In this document: positions 48,106 to 58,247 of the stretch, piece after piece
Layout: each line of letters starts with the position of its first letter
Position numbering within the stretch: position 1 is the first letter of the stretch
Assembly: GCA_964402035.1 (NCBI GenBank)
Contig: CAYOAM010000002.1
Coordinates: 178,964-242,963, forward strand
Direction of reading: 5' to 3'
DNA: 64,000 bases
From: an uncultured Candidatus Saccharibacteria bacterium
GTDB lineage: Bacteria; Patescibacteriota; Minisyncoccia; Phycocordibacterales; UBA918
Translations under genes and position numbers: made by a program
Notes under the pieces: generated by a model
The model's input: only the letters and a program-made list of their open reading frames with translations
Database searches by the model: none
What the model was told of the DNA's origin: nothing

Positions 48106-48779
48106 TTCGCAACCTGAACGGTCTAAACCCAGCTCACGTAACTTTTTAATTGGCGAACAGCCAAACCCTTGGAAGCTGCTCCACCTCCAGGATAAGTTGA
48201 GCCGACATCGAGGTGCCGAACCGTGCCGTCGCTATGGACGCTTGGGCACGACTAGCCTGTTATCCCCAGGGTAACTTTTATCGGGTAATCTCCGGCCGCA
48301 TCTAACGCGTACCATCGGTTCACTATGCTCCGCTTTCGCGTCTGTTCGGCATCCACGCCTCACAGTCAAGCTGGCTTGTGCCATTACACTATCGACACGG
48401 TTTCCATTCGCGTCTAGCCAACCTTGAGACCCCTCCGTTACTTTTTAGGAGGGTAGCGCCCCACTAAAACTGCCTATCACGCACTGTCTCAGTGTAATTT
48501 TTTTACACTGGTTAGAAACTGCCCCAATAAAGAGTGGTATTTCACTGACGAGTCCACATCTCCCAAAAGAAATGCTTCAACCTCTCCCACCTATTCTACG
48601 CATCACAAGAACAGCCTCAATACGAAATTACAGTAAAGCTCCTGGGGTCTTTTCGTCTAACTGCAGGTACCCGGCATCTTCACCGGGATTGTATTTTCAC
48701 CGAGCAAGCCCTTGAGACAGTTCCCCAGTCATTACGCCATTCGTGCACGTCGGAACTTACCCGACAAGGAATTGCGCTC

Positions 48780-49000
48780 TTCTATTCCTCAAGAAGGACT
48801 CTGTCTTCATCTCAGAAACATTCTGAGCGCGTGACATATGGTCTCTTGTTGGTCACGTATTGACTAAGCGTACATTACTGTACGCAAGGTAGCTTTTTGA
48901 ATGGTCACCATGCGTATCTCGCACATGGGACACTGCGTCCATTTACCAATCCATAATCGTTCCAGTCATTTGATGCACTTCATTTCTGAAACGCACCAAA
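48780..49000 (-). mobile_element. 23S insertion/intron at the AGCGCAATTCCTTGTCGGG region (E. coli ~1920-1935), about 220 bp, no ORF
   Basis: The exon sequence caaggaattgcgct is followed by the insertion, then accttagaacgattatagttatcgc. Confidence 0.55.
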
Positions 49001-49751
49001 CCTTAGAACGATTATAGTTATCGCTGACATTGACCGGGGCTTACATAGCCCAGCAATACAGATTGCTCCATATCACCTTCCATGTTTGACCTTCCGGCAT
49101 TGGTCAGGCGTCACCCCCTATACATCCTCTTGCGAGTTCGCAGGGAGCTGTGTTTTTGGTAAACAGTTGCCAGGGAATCTTTCACTGCGGCCTCTCACCT
49201 TGCGGTGAGGAGGCAGGCCTTATCCCGAAGTTACGGCCGCTTTTTTGCCGAGTTCCTTAAGGGCCTCTCACTCGTTCGCCTTGGTCTACTCGACCTGATC
49301 ACCTGTGTCGGTTTGCGGTACGGAACCGTTGTGTATAACGTAGAAGATTTTCTAGGAAGCGCGCTCACTACTTTGACGTACCCGAAAGCACATCTACAGG
49401 CGACGCTCGGATCCGACATTAAAGTCAGAAGTGCGGATTTACCTACACCTCACCCTCACGCTACCAGCGACAATCCAATAAGTCGCAGTAACTACAGCAC
49501 TCCGTCTCTCCATAGAAACACAACCGTGTCATGGAATATTAACCATGTGTCCATCGCCTCCCCCATTCGGGATCGGCTTAGGCCCGACTAACCCTTGGCT
49601 GATCACCATCGCCAAGGAAACCTTGATCTTTCGGCGGGAGGGGCTCTCACCCTCCTTGCGGTTACTTGTGCCGGCATTCTCACTTCTGTACGCTCCACCG
49701 CGGCTCCCGCCTTGGCTTCATCGCAGAACAGAACGCTCTCCTACCACTCGT

Positions 49752-50130
49752 GGACTTCGTTGAAGATCGGATCAATGATCTCTACTGATCCGAAAAAATA
49801 TTTTGTGCTGTACCCCTGACAGGCATCGAACCTGCATCGTGCTTCTTATCTGGGTGTCTAATCCAGATGCACGGTTTTTCAAATTAAACTACAGGGGACT
49901 CACACATTAAAGAACAAGTCGGCGGACGATGTGTCGCGAACCGCTCGGTTGGAAGTTGGATTGCTCCGCAGTCCACCCGAAATGGGACACACCGTCCGCC
50001 AGGAGACGAGAAACGTTATTCAGGGGATTACCGCGGCTGCTGATACCCTGAACGTCTTCTCGCTCCTACAGAGGTTCTTCGCTGGCGTACAGCCAAACTT
50101 TGACGAACCTCTGTTTCAATATTTTTGTAC
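49752..50130 (-). mobile_element. 23S insertion (about 380 bp) replacing the helix-45-equivalent hairpin. It is bounded by a 12-bp inverted repeat, cgaagtccacga/tcgtggacttcg.
   Basis: It contains CAGCAGCCGCGGTAAT (16S 530-loop identity) at 50027-50042. GGATTAGACACCCAGATA (16S 790-loop-like) lies at 49858-49874, next to a tRNA-like T-arm GCAGGTTCGATGCCTGT. Confidence 0.6.
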
Positions 50131-51821
50131 AATCCTCAACGAAGTCCACGAATCCGCAGTTTCGGTACTATGCTTGAGCCCCGATCATCTTCGGCGCAGA
50201 AACTCTCGACGAGTGAGCTGTTACGCTATCTTTAAAGGATGGCTGCTTCTAAGCCAACCTCCTCGCTGTCAATGAATTTCCACTTCCTCAAGACGCACTG
50301 AGCATAGATTTAGGGACCTTAACTGGCGATCTGGGCTGTTCCCCTTTTGACTGATGGAGCTTATCCCCCATAGTCTAACTGCCGCGCTATAACTCTCGGT
50401 ATTCGGAGTTTGATAGGTCCCACGAGATTTCTCCCTGTTGAGACCTTCCAGTGCTCTACCCCCAAGAGGACCACGCGACGCCAACCCAAAAGCTGTTTCG
50501 GAGAGAACCAGCTATTACGGAATTCGATTAGCTTTTCACTCCATACCACAAATCATCCGATGGTTTTGCACGGCCAACCGGTTCGGGCCTCCCCACATCT
50601 TTCGATGTGGTTCACCCTGTTCATGGCAAGCTCATCCCGCTTCGGGTCGTACTCTATCCCTATATTCGCGCTATTCACACTCGCTTTCGCTCTGCCTCCG
50701 GGGGTTCACCCCTTAGACGAAGGAATACAGTACACTCGCCGGCTCATTCTTCAATAGGCACGCGGTCACCAGGCTTGCGCCCAGCTCCCACTCTTTGTAA
50801 GCATACGGTTTCAGATCTATTTCACTGTCCTCACCGGACTGTTTTTCACCTTTCCCTCACGGTACTCGTTCACTATCGGTCTCTTGGAATATTTAGCCTT
50901 AGGAGTTAGTGCTCCCAGATTCATTCGAGCTATTCATGTCTCGAACTACTCAGGAACGGCAACAAGAAAGTGGTAGATAATTTCGCATACGGGACTATTA
51001 CCCACTGGGGTCACTCTTTCCAGAGTGTTCCGCTATCATCACCATTTATTTCTTTCCTCAACTAAATGACGTCGCCGCCCTACAACCCCGACCATGTAAA
51101 CACGATCGGTTTGGGCTTCTCCCGTTTCGCTCGCCGCTACTAAGGGAATTGCAAGTGTCTTCTTCCTGACCATAATGGCGTCGCGGTATTGCTACCGCGA
51201 CATTCGATCAGAAAGAAAACACCCTTTATTGCTTTCTTTTCCTCCGGGTACTGAGATGTTTCACTTCCCCGGGTACGCGACCAACAACAAGTGTTGGACC
51301 TCTATCGTAGATAGAGAGGTTTCCCCATTCGGACATTCTCGGGTCGCAGATTGCTTGGCATCTAACCGAGACTTATCGCAGCCATGCTACGTCCTTCATC
51401 GCTTCACAAGAGCCTAGGCATCCACCGTACGCTCTTCATTCCTGTAAGGAAGACCACACACCGTGTTGCAACATAGAATTTGTGACAATATGAAATTTGT
51501 TTTTCAAAATTTTGTTTCCTCAATGTTCACTCGTTCGGAAAAGAAAATGCAAGCACTTTCTTTTCCTCACTCGCTCCATTGAAAAGGAATACTACACATC
51601 TCCTGTCTTACAGATGGTTTTTCTTCCATTACCTAAATGCTAAACACCGCTGTTTAGTTTTCAATTATGTTGTTTCTCGCATGCAGCACATAGTTTTGGG
51701 AAAAGACCCGCAAAAACAAACATGCATTACATGCGATCCGTATGTGCAACAAACACACATACGATTTGCTCGTATACACCTACATGATATGAAATTGTCA
51801 ACGAACGGGTGTTTCCCTGAG

Positions 51822-51846
51822 GACCAAAAAAGCCGCTTGAAGCGGC
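51822..51846 (-). terminator. Rho-independent terminator downstream of the hypothetical operon and upstream of the 23S
   Basis: Minus strand gccgcttcaagcggcttttttgg. Confidence 0.6.
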
Positions 51847-52069
51847 ACAGAAATCCCAAACGAGATTCTATTCCGCTTAGGTCTTTAATTTGATACTCAT
51901 AAACACGTAGCCGCCAGTATATATGAGGGTGTGCAAACCGTCAACTATTTCTGCCCTCGTACCGCTTGATGATTTCTATAGGGCAAAAACTGACCTAAAT
52001 ACGAAAGGAAATGGCTGCTCTCCCAAGCGGGAGAGCAGCCATTTCAAAGCCTAAAAACATCCTTTTGCA

Positions 52070-52708
52070 CTAAAACACCGCCGTCTGAGCTCGCAAGCTG
52101 TCCTTCACCCCGATACGATCAATCAAGATCTGGTGTGGGTAGTCAAAGACATCGCGCGTCAGCTTGTCATACATACCGAGTCGATAGCGAAAATCATCGG
52201 TCGTAAATGTGGCAAAACGAATACCAATACCAAGCTCTGCTTCAAGCGTACGCACTGCCGATTCTATCTTTCCTTGCTGGAGTTTGCTCGAAGCAATAAT
52301 GAGATCCAAGCGTCCATCAAAGGAACGGGTAAATATCCCCGACGTGACCAGAAGATCAATCTTCCCCCCCTTACGCATGTGGTGCAGCACCGTCTTGCTA
52401 TCAAGTGGAGCTGTTTCAAACAAGAAGGTCTGGAGTGGAATCAATTTTTCAAATTTAAGATTCAGTGCGTATCCCTGCACTCGGCGACGATTACCACTGT
52501 CAGTCGTAATCACCGTTTGCTTTTTTCGAATAATTTCAGCACGCTCAAGTATCGAAAGTTCGGTACGTGCCGTATGCCGCACCAGTCGCGCTCGATGCAA
52601 AATATCGTCCATACCAAAGACCATGGAGGGGTTAAAGAGAAAAAGTCGGAGCAATTTTATCGTCGCTGCATTCCCAAAAAGGATTGAGAGCCAGTCAGTA
52701 TTTTTCAT
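52070..52708 (-). CDS. Hypothetical protein, last gene of a three-gene operon of unknown function
   Basis: 212 aa. Helix-rich N-terminus, possibly wHTH-like. The GKIDLLV segment is only superficially NTase-like (single Asp). Confidence 0.5.
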   Translation of the reverse strand: MKNTDWLSILFGNAATIKLLRLFLFNPSMVFGMDDILHRARLVRHTARTELSILERAEIIRKKQTVITTDSGNRRRVQGYALNLKFEKLIPLQTFLFETAPLDSKTVLHHMRKGGKIDLLVTSGIFTRSFDGRLDLIIASSKLQQGKIESAVRTLEAELGIGIRFATFTTDDFRYRLGMYDKLTRDVFDYPHQILIDRIGVKDSLRAQTAVF

Positions 52709-52810
52709 AACGCCAAGGGATTATAGCATAGGGGGTTTTAGATGGGCAGAGAGGGGGAAATAGAGCTTCAGACACAAACCATTTTCAAAGTATTAGAAAA
52801 TGTTCAATTC

Positions 52811-53599
52811 TTATTTCCGATGGTACGCATCCAAAGATCTCCTATACCCAGCAATTTGATGAGAGCGCTTTTCACATACTGGCGCCATTTTTTGCAACAC
52901 ACCCACTACGCTGCTGACTTGTGGCAGTGATTTGAGTTGATTATATGCAGGTAAAAGACTTTTCCCTACAGCATCTACCTGCACCCGAAGACGAGCTACG
53001 CTGTCAGTATCTTCCTTCAAGCTTCGTCCCGTACGCACGGGTGGAGCCTCTAAGATGCGCACAAATGTTTCCAGCGCTCGTGTCGCAGTTTGCGCATCGT
53101 TTCGCCCCCAAGCTTCATTGAGAATTCGAGAGATGCTCAGTAATTGAGTGAATGCATCTTCAGAAAAAATCGATGGCAATCTCCTGTCTTCTCGATCTTT
53201 TATAACAGAGGCGAGCCGTGAAATATGGAAAGCTATATCATCTATGTATCGACTCGATTCTTTAAAGATATCTCTCATTTCTAGAGATTGCGGCTGCGAC
53301 GCAGTCTCCATTTTGCTGCCCACCGTGGAAGGATTTGAAATACGCTTTTTCGCACGCAATTCTTCAATTTTTTCCCTAAGGCCAAATTGCTCGGTGTATT
53401 CAAGATCTATAACTCCCTTTCGCACCTGAGAAATTATCTCTACAAGATCATCAGCAGAATAGACCTTGCCATCAATTTTCACTCGCGCAATGGAGTCTAT
53501 AACTTCAATTAACTCATTGAAATTTTGCGTAGCAGCCACCGCCTCCTTAAGAGCTTCAGCGCTTTCAATACGTTTAGAATCCTGTTCTTTTTCAAACAT
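52811..53599 (-). CDS. Hypothetical acidic helical protein, paralog of the upstream gene in its N-terminal ~60 aa
   Basis: NFNELIEVIDSIARVKIDGKVYSADDLVEIISQVRKGVIDLEYTEQFGLREKI aligns with NFEDLYRVLERVCPIRGTQAMYFAEQLINIIDRVRRGELTIDYVTRTHGLREKV of 53603-54784. Confidence 0.55.
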   Translation of the reverse strand: MFEKEQDSKRIESAEALKEAVAATQNFNELIEVIDSIARVKIDGKVYSADDLVEIISQVRKGVIDLEYTEQFGLREKIEELRAKKRISNPSTVGSKMETASQPQSLEMRDIFKESSRYIDDIAFHISRLASVIKDREDRRLPSIFSEDAFTQLLSISRILNEAWGRNDAQTATRALETFVRILEAPPVRTGRSLKEDTDSVARLRVQVDAVGKSLLPAYNQLKSLPQVSSVVGVLQKMAPVCEKRSHQIAGYRRSLDAYHRK

Positions 53600-53602
53600 A
53601 TA

Positions 53603-54784
53603 TTAATTTTTTGGAATCTTTCTTTGAAGATGGCGCACGTGCTGTACTGACCCTCTATGTATTATAGTAGCATTTTCTGCAAACGTTTTACCATTCTCCA
53701 TCACTACTTTTTCAGTGGAAATAGTCTTAAAATTGTTTTGATTCTGAAAGACAAGCATGTGCTCATCACCCCAGACAAGTCTCCCTTCCACAATTACATC
53801 AGCACCATCTTCTCGCACAGTAACATTTTCAGATCCAATGTTTGGGTAACCAACCCACACTCTGTTACCGAGGAAATTTTTATCCTGGGGAAACAATTGC
53901 ATGAAACATCTCCATTCAAAGTCTTTTATTTCTATATTTTCCTCCTTTTGCAAGCGTCCTTCGATCTCTTTCGCAACTAATTTTATAATTCCATGATGGA
54001 GCATTTCTGGCAACTGGGACAGCTCAGCGTTACCATTTCGAAACTGCTCAATTTGGTATATTAACTCTTTTCCAGATATAGTCTCTCCTGAGTTTTCAAA
54101 AGAGAAAGTCCGTAACAGATTGTAGAGTGACTCAAATGAACTCGCATTTTCAATATCTTTAATTTGTTGAACTTTGATATCTATCTCTTGGAATCTACGC
54201 AGTACTTCTGGGTCAGCGATGTTTAGATATAGATGCGGGACAGATTGCAGATTAAGTCTATATTCAGTGGTAAATCTCTGATCATATTCTGATTTTGCTC
54301 GCGCGTAGAATGCCTCCTCCTCATCGGTGAGAGGAGATAAGGGTATATTTTGTTGTTCTACCACTTCACTTTCAAATAACCCCTTCTTTATTTCCAAAGT
54401 GACGGAAGCTGAGTCAGACTCTGGATCTGGTGGTTGCACTGAATCTACATCGACAGCAACTGCACTCTCTTCATTACCATTTTTTGGAATTTCTAAAGCG
54501 ACCATAGCTTCTCGTGGCGGTGGAGGTTCAGGAGTTACTTTGTGTAATAAACTTGCCACTTTCTCACGCAGACCATGTGTTCGTGTTACATAATCTATGG
54601 TTAACTCCCCTCTTCTTACTCGGTCAATAATATTAATTAATTGCTCCGCAAAGTACATTGCTTGGGTGCCTCGAATAGGACAGACTCTTTCAAGTACTCT
54701 ATACAAATCCTCAAAATTACCCGACCTTTCAATTAGTTTTTCAGGTGACTCAGCCACTTCGTTCTTGCTGTGTTCAAAGTTCAT
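53603..54784 (-). CDS. Hypothetical acidic protein, first gene of the operon. It shares an N-terminal domain with 52811-53599.
   Basis: 393 aa, no TM. The shared ~60-aa N-terminal module ends in GLREK[VI]. Confidence 0.55.
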   Translation of the reverse strand: MNFEHSKNEVAESPEKLIERSGNFEDLYRVLERVCPIRGTQAMYFAEQLINIIDRVRRGELTIDYVTRTHGLREKVASLLHKVTPEPPPPREAMVALEIPKNGNEESAVAVDVDSVQPPDPESDSASVTLEIKKGLFESEVVEQQNIPLSPLTDEEEAFYARAKSEYDQRFTTEYRLNLQSVPHLYLNIADPEVLRRFQEIDIKVQQIKDIENASSFESLYNLLRTFSFENSGETISGKELIYQIEQFRNGNAELSQLPEMLHHGIIKLVAKEIEGRLQKEENIEIKDFEWRCFMQLFPQDKNFLGNRVWVGYPNIGSENVTVREDGADVIVEGRLVWGDEHMLVFQNQNNFKTISTEKVVMENGKTFAENATIIHRGSVQHVRHLQRKIPKN

Positions 54785-54924
54785 TCTCTAATTATACATC
54801 ACACAGATTTATAAAGTCACCTTCGCTTCCCCCCGTAAAATTGTTTCCCAAACAATTTTACCTAAGCATAATTCTTGTTACACAGAATTCTGCTGAGTGC
54901 TGTCGGGCCGGTCTCAACACGTCA

Positions 54925-54958
54925 TAAGAAAAACAGTCCCCCGGACTGTTTTTCTTTG
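54925..54958. terminator. Palindromic terminator downstream of rplL
   Basis: gaaaaacagtcccccggactgtttttc. Confidence 0.65.
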
Positions 54959-55015
54959 CGTGTTTCCGACTCAGAAGCTTTGAAGGCAACGAGTGACGGA
55001 ACTACTCTGCGAGAT

Positions 55016-55381
55016 TTACTTGAGCGTTACCTTGGCACCAGCTTCTTCAAGTTTCGCCTTCAACGCTTCTGCATCCTCCTTCTTCATACCTTCTTTCACC
55101 ACTGCTGGTGCGGCGTCCACCATGTCCTTTGCTTCTTTAAGTCCAAGACCGAGTACCTCCTTCACTACCTTGATAACAGCAATCTTTGTTGCGCCACCTT
55201 CAGTGAGCTCAACAGTAAAGGTGCTCTGTCCTCCTTCGTCGCCTCCACCCGCTGCTGCTGGAGCTGCTGCTGCAACAGCTGCTGCTGAAACTCCCCACTT
55301 CTCTTCAATCGCTTTAACGAGTGTATTAAGTTCAAGTACGGTCATCTTCTCTACTGCTTCAATAATTTGTTCTTGTGTCAT
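55016..55381 (-). CDS. rplL: 50S ribosomal protein L7/L12
   Basis: [46 protein letters not shown]...EAGAKVTLK. Confidence 0.9.
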   Translation of the reverse strand: MTQEQIIEAVEKMTVLELNTLVKAIEEKWGVSAAAVAAAAPAAAGGGDEGGQSTFTVELTEGGATKIAVIKVVKEVLGLGLKEAKDMVDAAPAVVKEGMKKEDAEALKAKLEEAGAKVTLK

Positions 55382-55462
55382 ACGAATAAGTTATATTTAA
55401 TTTTATTAGTCAATCTGAGTGCCCGTTCAAAAATCGCTATGTGGGTTTTTGAACCGAAAAAG

Positions 55463-55954
55463 CTATTTTGCTTTTTCTTCTGAAACCTTACTCAACACCA
55501 CTGCAAAACGCTGACGTGGTGAATTGATAAGCTGTGCGAACATGCCGCGGAGAACTGGTAATGCTGGGATCGATGCGATCTCAGTCATCTCTGCCTTGTT
55601 GCGGTACACTCCTGCGAACACGCCTCCAAGAATAGACACTGCATCCTTAAACTTCTTTTCAAATTCACGCACTTTTTGTGCAGGTGCAATCTGATCAGCG
55701 CTATAGGCAAGTGCTACTTCTCCCGGAAGTTCTGGCATCGTGCCTGTGTACCCTCCTTCGTCCAACGCGCGTCCGATTAAAGTCTTTTTTGCGACCAAGT
55801 ATCCGACACCATTTTCCCGAAACACTTTACGCATTTCAGTCGTCTCCTTTCCCTTAAGTCCGGTAAATTTTACGAAGACTAGTGTCTCTGCACTCTTGCG
55901 CGCAGCGACAAGTTTTCCTAAAATCTCCTGCTTTTTTGCTTTCGTAATAGCCAT
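55463..55954 (-). CDS. rplJ: 50S ribosomal protein L10
   Basis: MAITKAKKQEILGKLV... from an internal Met. It sits upstream of rplL. Confidence 0.8.
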   Translation of the reverse strand: MAITKAKKQEILGKLVAARKSAETLVFVKFTGLKGKETTEMRKVFRENGVGYLVAKKTLIGRALDEGGYTGTMPELPGEVALAYSADQIAPAQKVREFEKKFKDAVSILGGVFAGVYRNKAEMTEIASIPALPVLRGMFAQLINSPRQRFAVVLSKVSEEKAK

Positions 55955-56162
55955 AGGTGTAGTTTGTAATAATAAAACAGATAGACTATTCGACCGTCCC
56001 GATACCATTAAAAGTAGTGGGATCTCGGCAGGGTACGCAACGCGTGTTTATTGGGTGAACCTTTCGACTCACACCGCCCTACTGTCTTTGATCTGTCGAG
56101 AGGTACTATATCAGAAAGATACAAAAAGAAAAGAGCGGCTCGCTTTAAACGAAACCGCCCAT

Positions 56163-56777
56163 CTACCACCCTCTACGAACCTTTCTAAATAAGAAGAGGT
56201 ACTGACCCGCTGAAACGATTGAAGCTACAAATGCTGCCACGAAGAGTATTTTTCCCACGTGTGTAATGGCCGCAAAATATTCATGGGCACCAAGGATCAG
56301 AAAACCGAGACTCACAAACAAGAGTCCTGTTTTCCATTGTGCCAAAAGAAGTACCGGGATCTTCTTTGCAAGATCTCGATACCACTCACGCAGAAACGAG
56401 ATCAGCATCTCCCGGCCAATAAGTCCGACAGAAATCCAAAACTCCCATCCACGTGGAGAGAGGTGAAAAGTCTCAACAATAAAGAGCAGTGCCAGAATTC
56501 CCAACACAAACCCTTTGTCGGTGAGTTCATCGAGCCTCTTTCCATTTGGAGAGAAGTCCTGCCGATGACGAGCAAGCCTTCCATCAATCCAGTCAGTAAT
56601 GGCAGCCAAGGCGAACAGCACGGACGCAAGGATCGGACTTACAAACATGTATGCCGCATAAATGATCGGCACCGACCATGCACGCGCCCACGACAAGCGA
56701 TCAGGAGTAATCCATCGAGGTGTCCCGTCAAGCATCTGTGCGTGTAATGCCTGCAATCGATCCTTAAGCGAGCTCAT
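56163..56777 (-). CDS. CDP-alcohol phosphatidyltransferase (PgsA-like)
   Basis: DWIDGRLARHRQDFSPNGKRLDELTDK matches D-x2-DG-x2-AR...G-x3-D-x3-D. Multiple TM helices. Confidence 0.75.
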   Translation of the reverse strand: MSSLKDRLQALHAQMLDGTPRWITPDRLSWARAWSVPIIYAAYMFVSPILASVLFALAAITDWIDGRLARHRQDFSPNGKRLDELTDKGFVLGILALLFIVETFHLSPRGWEFWISVGLIGREMLISFLREWYRDLAKKIPVLLLAQWKTGLLFVSLGFLILGAHEYFAAITHVGKILFVAAFVASIVSAGQYLFLFRKVRRGW

Positions 56778-56868
56778 GTAACCCCCTCATATGAAAACGC
56801 CACTCTGTTGTGACGTAGTGAACATTCTAAAGAAGAGACTACGTGGAAATAGAAGCTCTGTCAAAAAA

Positions 56869-57348
56869 TTATCCCTCCACTTCTTTTTTCATTTGTTCTG
56901 CTTTCCAGCCGATCATGTTGGCAAGGAGTTGGAGTATACTGCCCAGTCCCGCAACTGCAAGAAAGAGAATCGGAAAGTACGCATATGAGGTGAGGTAGTA
57001 AAAGAAAACAACGGTTGCACCCGCCCACATCCCGATGCACCACGGGCAGGACAGCAGATCCGCCAGAGTGCGGCGTGGTCCAGACTCTGGTTTTTCGAGT
57101 GTACGTTTTCCTCGAGCACTTTCCACCACATCATAAAACTGTTCACGGAAAAACGCGGTAATCTTGTCGTAGACAAAAAGTCGCGTGAGTCGCAGCGTCG
57201 CAAGCGAGAGTATGAGAAATTCCATGAGCGTAATCCCCCCCATCGGTCGTGATGCTTCGGATGAAAGTATGATCATCCCTGAAACGACAAACGACACAAA
57301 CAACAGCGAGAAGAGGACATTCCACACATATTGATCTGAAATGCGCAT
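56869..57348 (-). CDS. DUF1360 family membrane protein
   Basis: LRLTRLFVYDKITAFFRE ... CPWCIGMW hallmark. Confidence 0.65.
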   Translation of the reverse strand: MRISDQYVWNVLFSLLFVSFVVSGMIILSSEASRPMGGITLMEFLILSLATLRLTRLFVYDKITAFFREQFYDVVESARGKRTLEKPESGPRRTLADLLSCPWCIGMWAGATVVFFYYLTSYAYFPILFLAVAGLGSILQLLANMIGWKAEQMKKEVEG

Positions 57349-57540
57349 ACGAATACTTTATCTTATTCTGTACCAACAATAAACACAATGAACAGTGTGA
57401 CGGTGAGAACAGTGAGGAAACCAAAAAAGAACTTATAAAAAGTCTTGTTGAACAAATTCATAGGTATAGTATACAAGCACCCGTAGATTAATAGAAATTA
57501 TTAGAGCAAAAAATCTGGAGCTGAGATACGATTCAAAATA

Positions 57541-57882
57541 TTATTCTGCAATCAAAAGACCTGCTTTTTTGAGTGTTTCTAAAACTGTCACGCGATTTGC
57601 TCTTTGTATCAGACGCACATCGCGCACGCTCCAATCAAGAGAACGCAATTGATCCGCCAGTATGGCCCCCTGTATGTTTTTCTCCGCAACAAGCACTTCA
57701 AATGGGTACCCTTTTACTTTTGAAGTAATAGGACACATGAGCGCAAGGTGTGTTTTCTTGTTATACGATTTTGGAGATAGTACAAGCGCCGGACGAGTTT
57801 TTGATTGTTCATGACCACGTGTTGGGTTTAGATCCACCCACACTACATCTCCCCTATCGGGTATATACATTTTTTTTACCAT
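57541..57882 (-). CDS. mazF: Type II toxin, PemK/MazF family endoribonuclease
   Basis: YIPDRGDVVWVDLNPTRGHEQSKTRPALVLSPKSYNKKTHLALMCPITS. Confidence 0.8.
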   Translation of the reverse strand: MVKKMYIPDRGDVVWVDLNPTRGHEQSKTRPALVLSPKSYNKKTHLALMCPITSKVKGYPFEVLVAEKNIQGAILADQLRSLDWSVRDVRLIQRANRVTVLETLKKAGLLIAE

Positions 57883-58121
57883 ACTTCATTTCCTTGTGGA
57901 GAGCCCCACTCAATCTCCGCGTGCAGATTTGAAGGTGAGATGCCCTTTAGAATATCCGCCAGACGAAAAGATCGATCGGGTGAAACAGCTGCAATATGAA
58001 TACCCGTTGCCGACGCGACCACTACGACACGACTCCCCTCCTTCAGGGATTTTTGTTCTACCACACTTTTTGGTAGACGAACCCCGAGGCTATTACCCCA
58101 TTTTTGGATGTTAGTTTCCAT
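57876..58121 (-). CDS. mazE: Antitoxin, MazE/PemI (AbrB/SpoVT fold)
   Basis: METNIQKWGNSLGVRLPKSVVEQ. It overlaps mazF by 7 nt. Confidence 0.75.
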   Translation of the reverse strand: METNIQKWGNSLGVRLPKSVVEQKSLKEGSRVVVVASATGIHIAAVSPDRSFRLADILKGISPSNLHAEIEWGSPQGNEVW

Positions 58122-58171
58122 AGCGTAAGTATATACAATGTATATCATCTGTCAAGCAATATTAGAAACGC

Positions 58172-58197
58172 AAAAAGCCCCCTTTCGGGGGCTTTTT
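58172..58197. terminator. Bidirectional rho-independent terminator
   Basis: aaaaagccccctttcgggggcttttt. Confidence 0.75.
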
Positions 58198-58247
58198 GCT
58201 CTCAAGCAAGAATATTACTTCATGCCGCGCTCACGTCTCTAGTTAGA

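Noticed and set aside
49205-51893. Numerous 60-130-aa ORFs across the 23S gene and its upstream leader
   Set aside because: They lie within unambiguous 23S rRNA sequence or its promoter region and have no protein-like composition.
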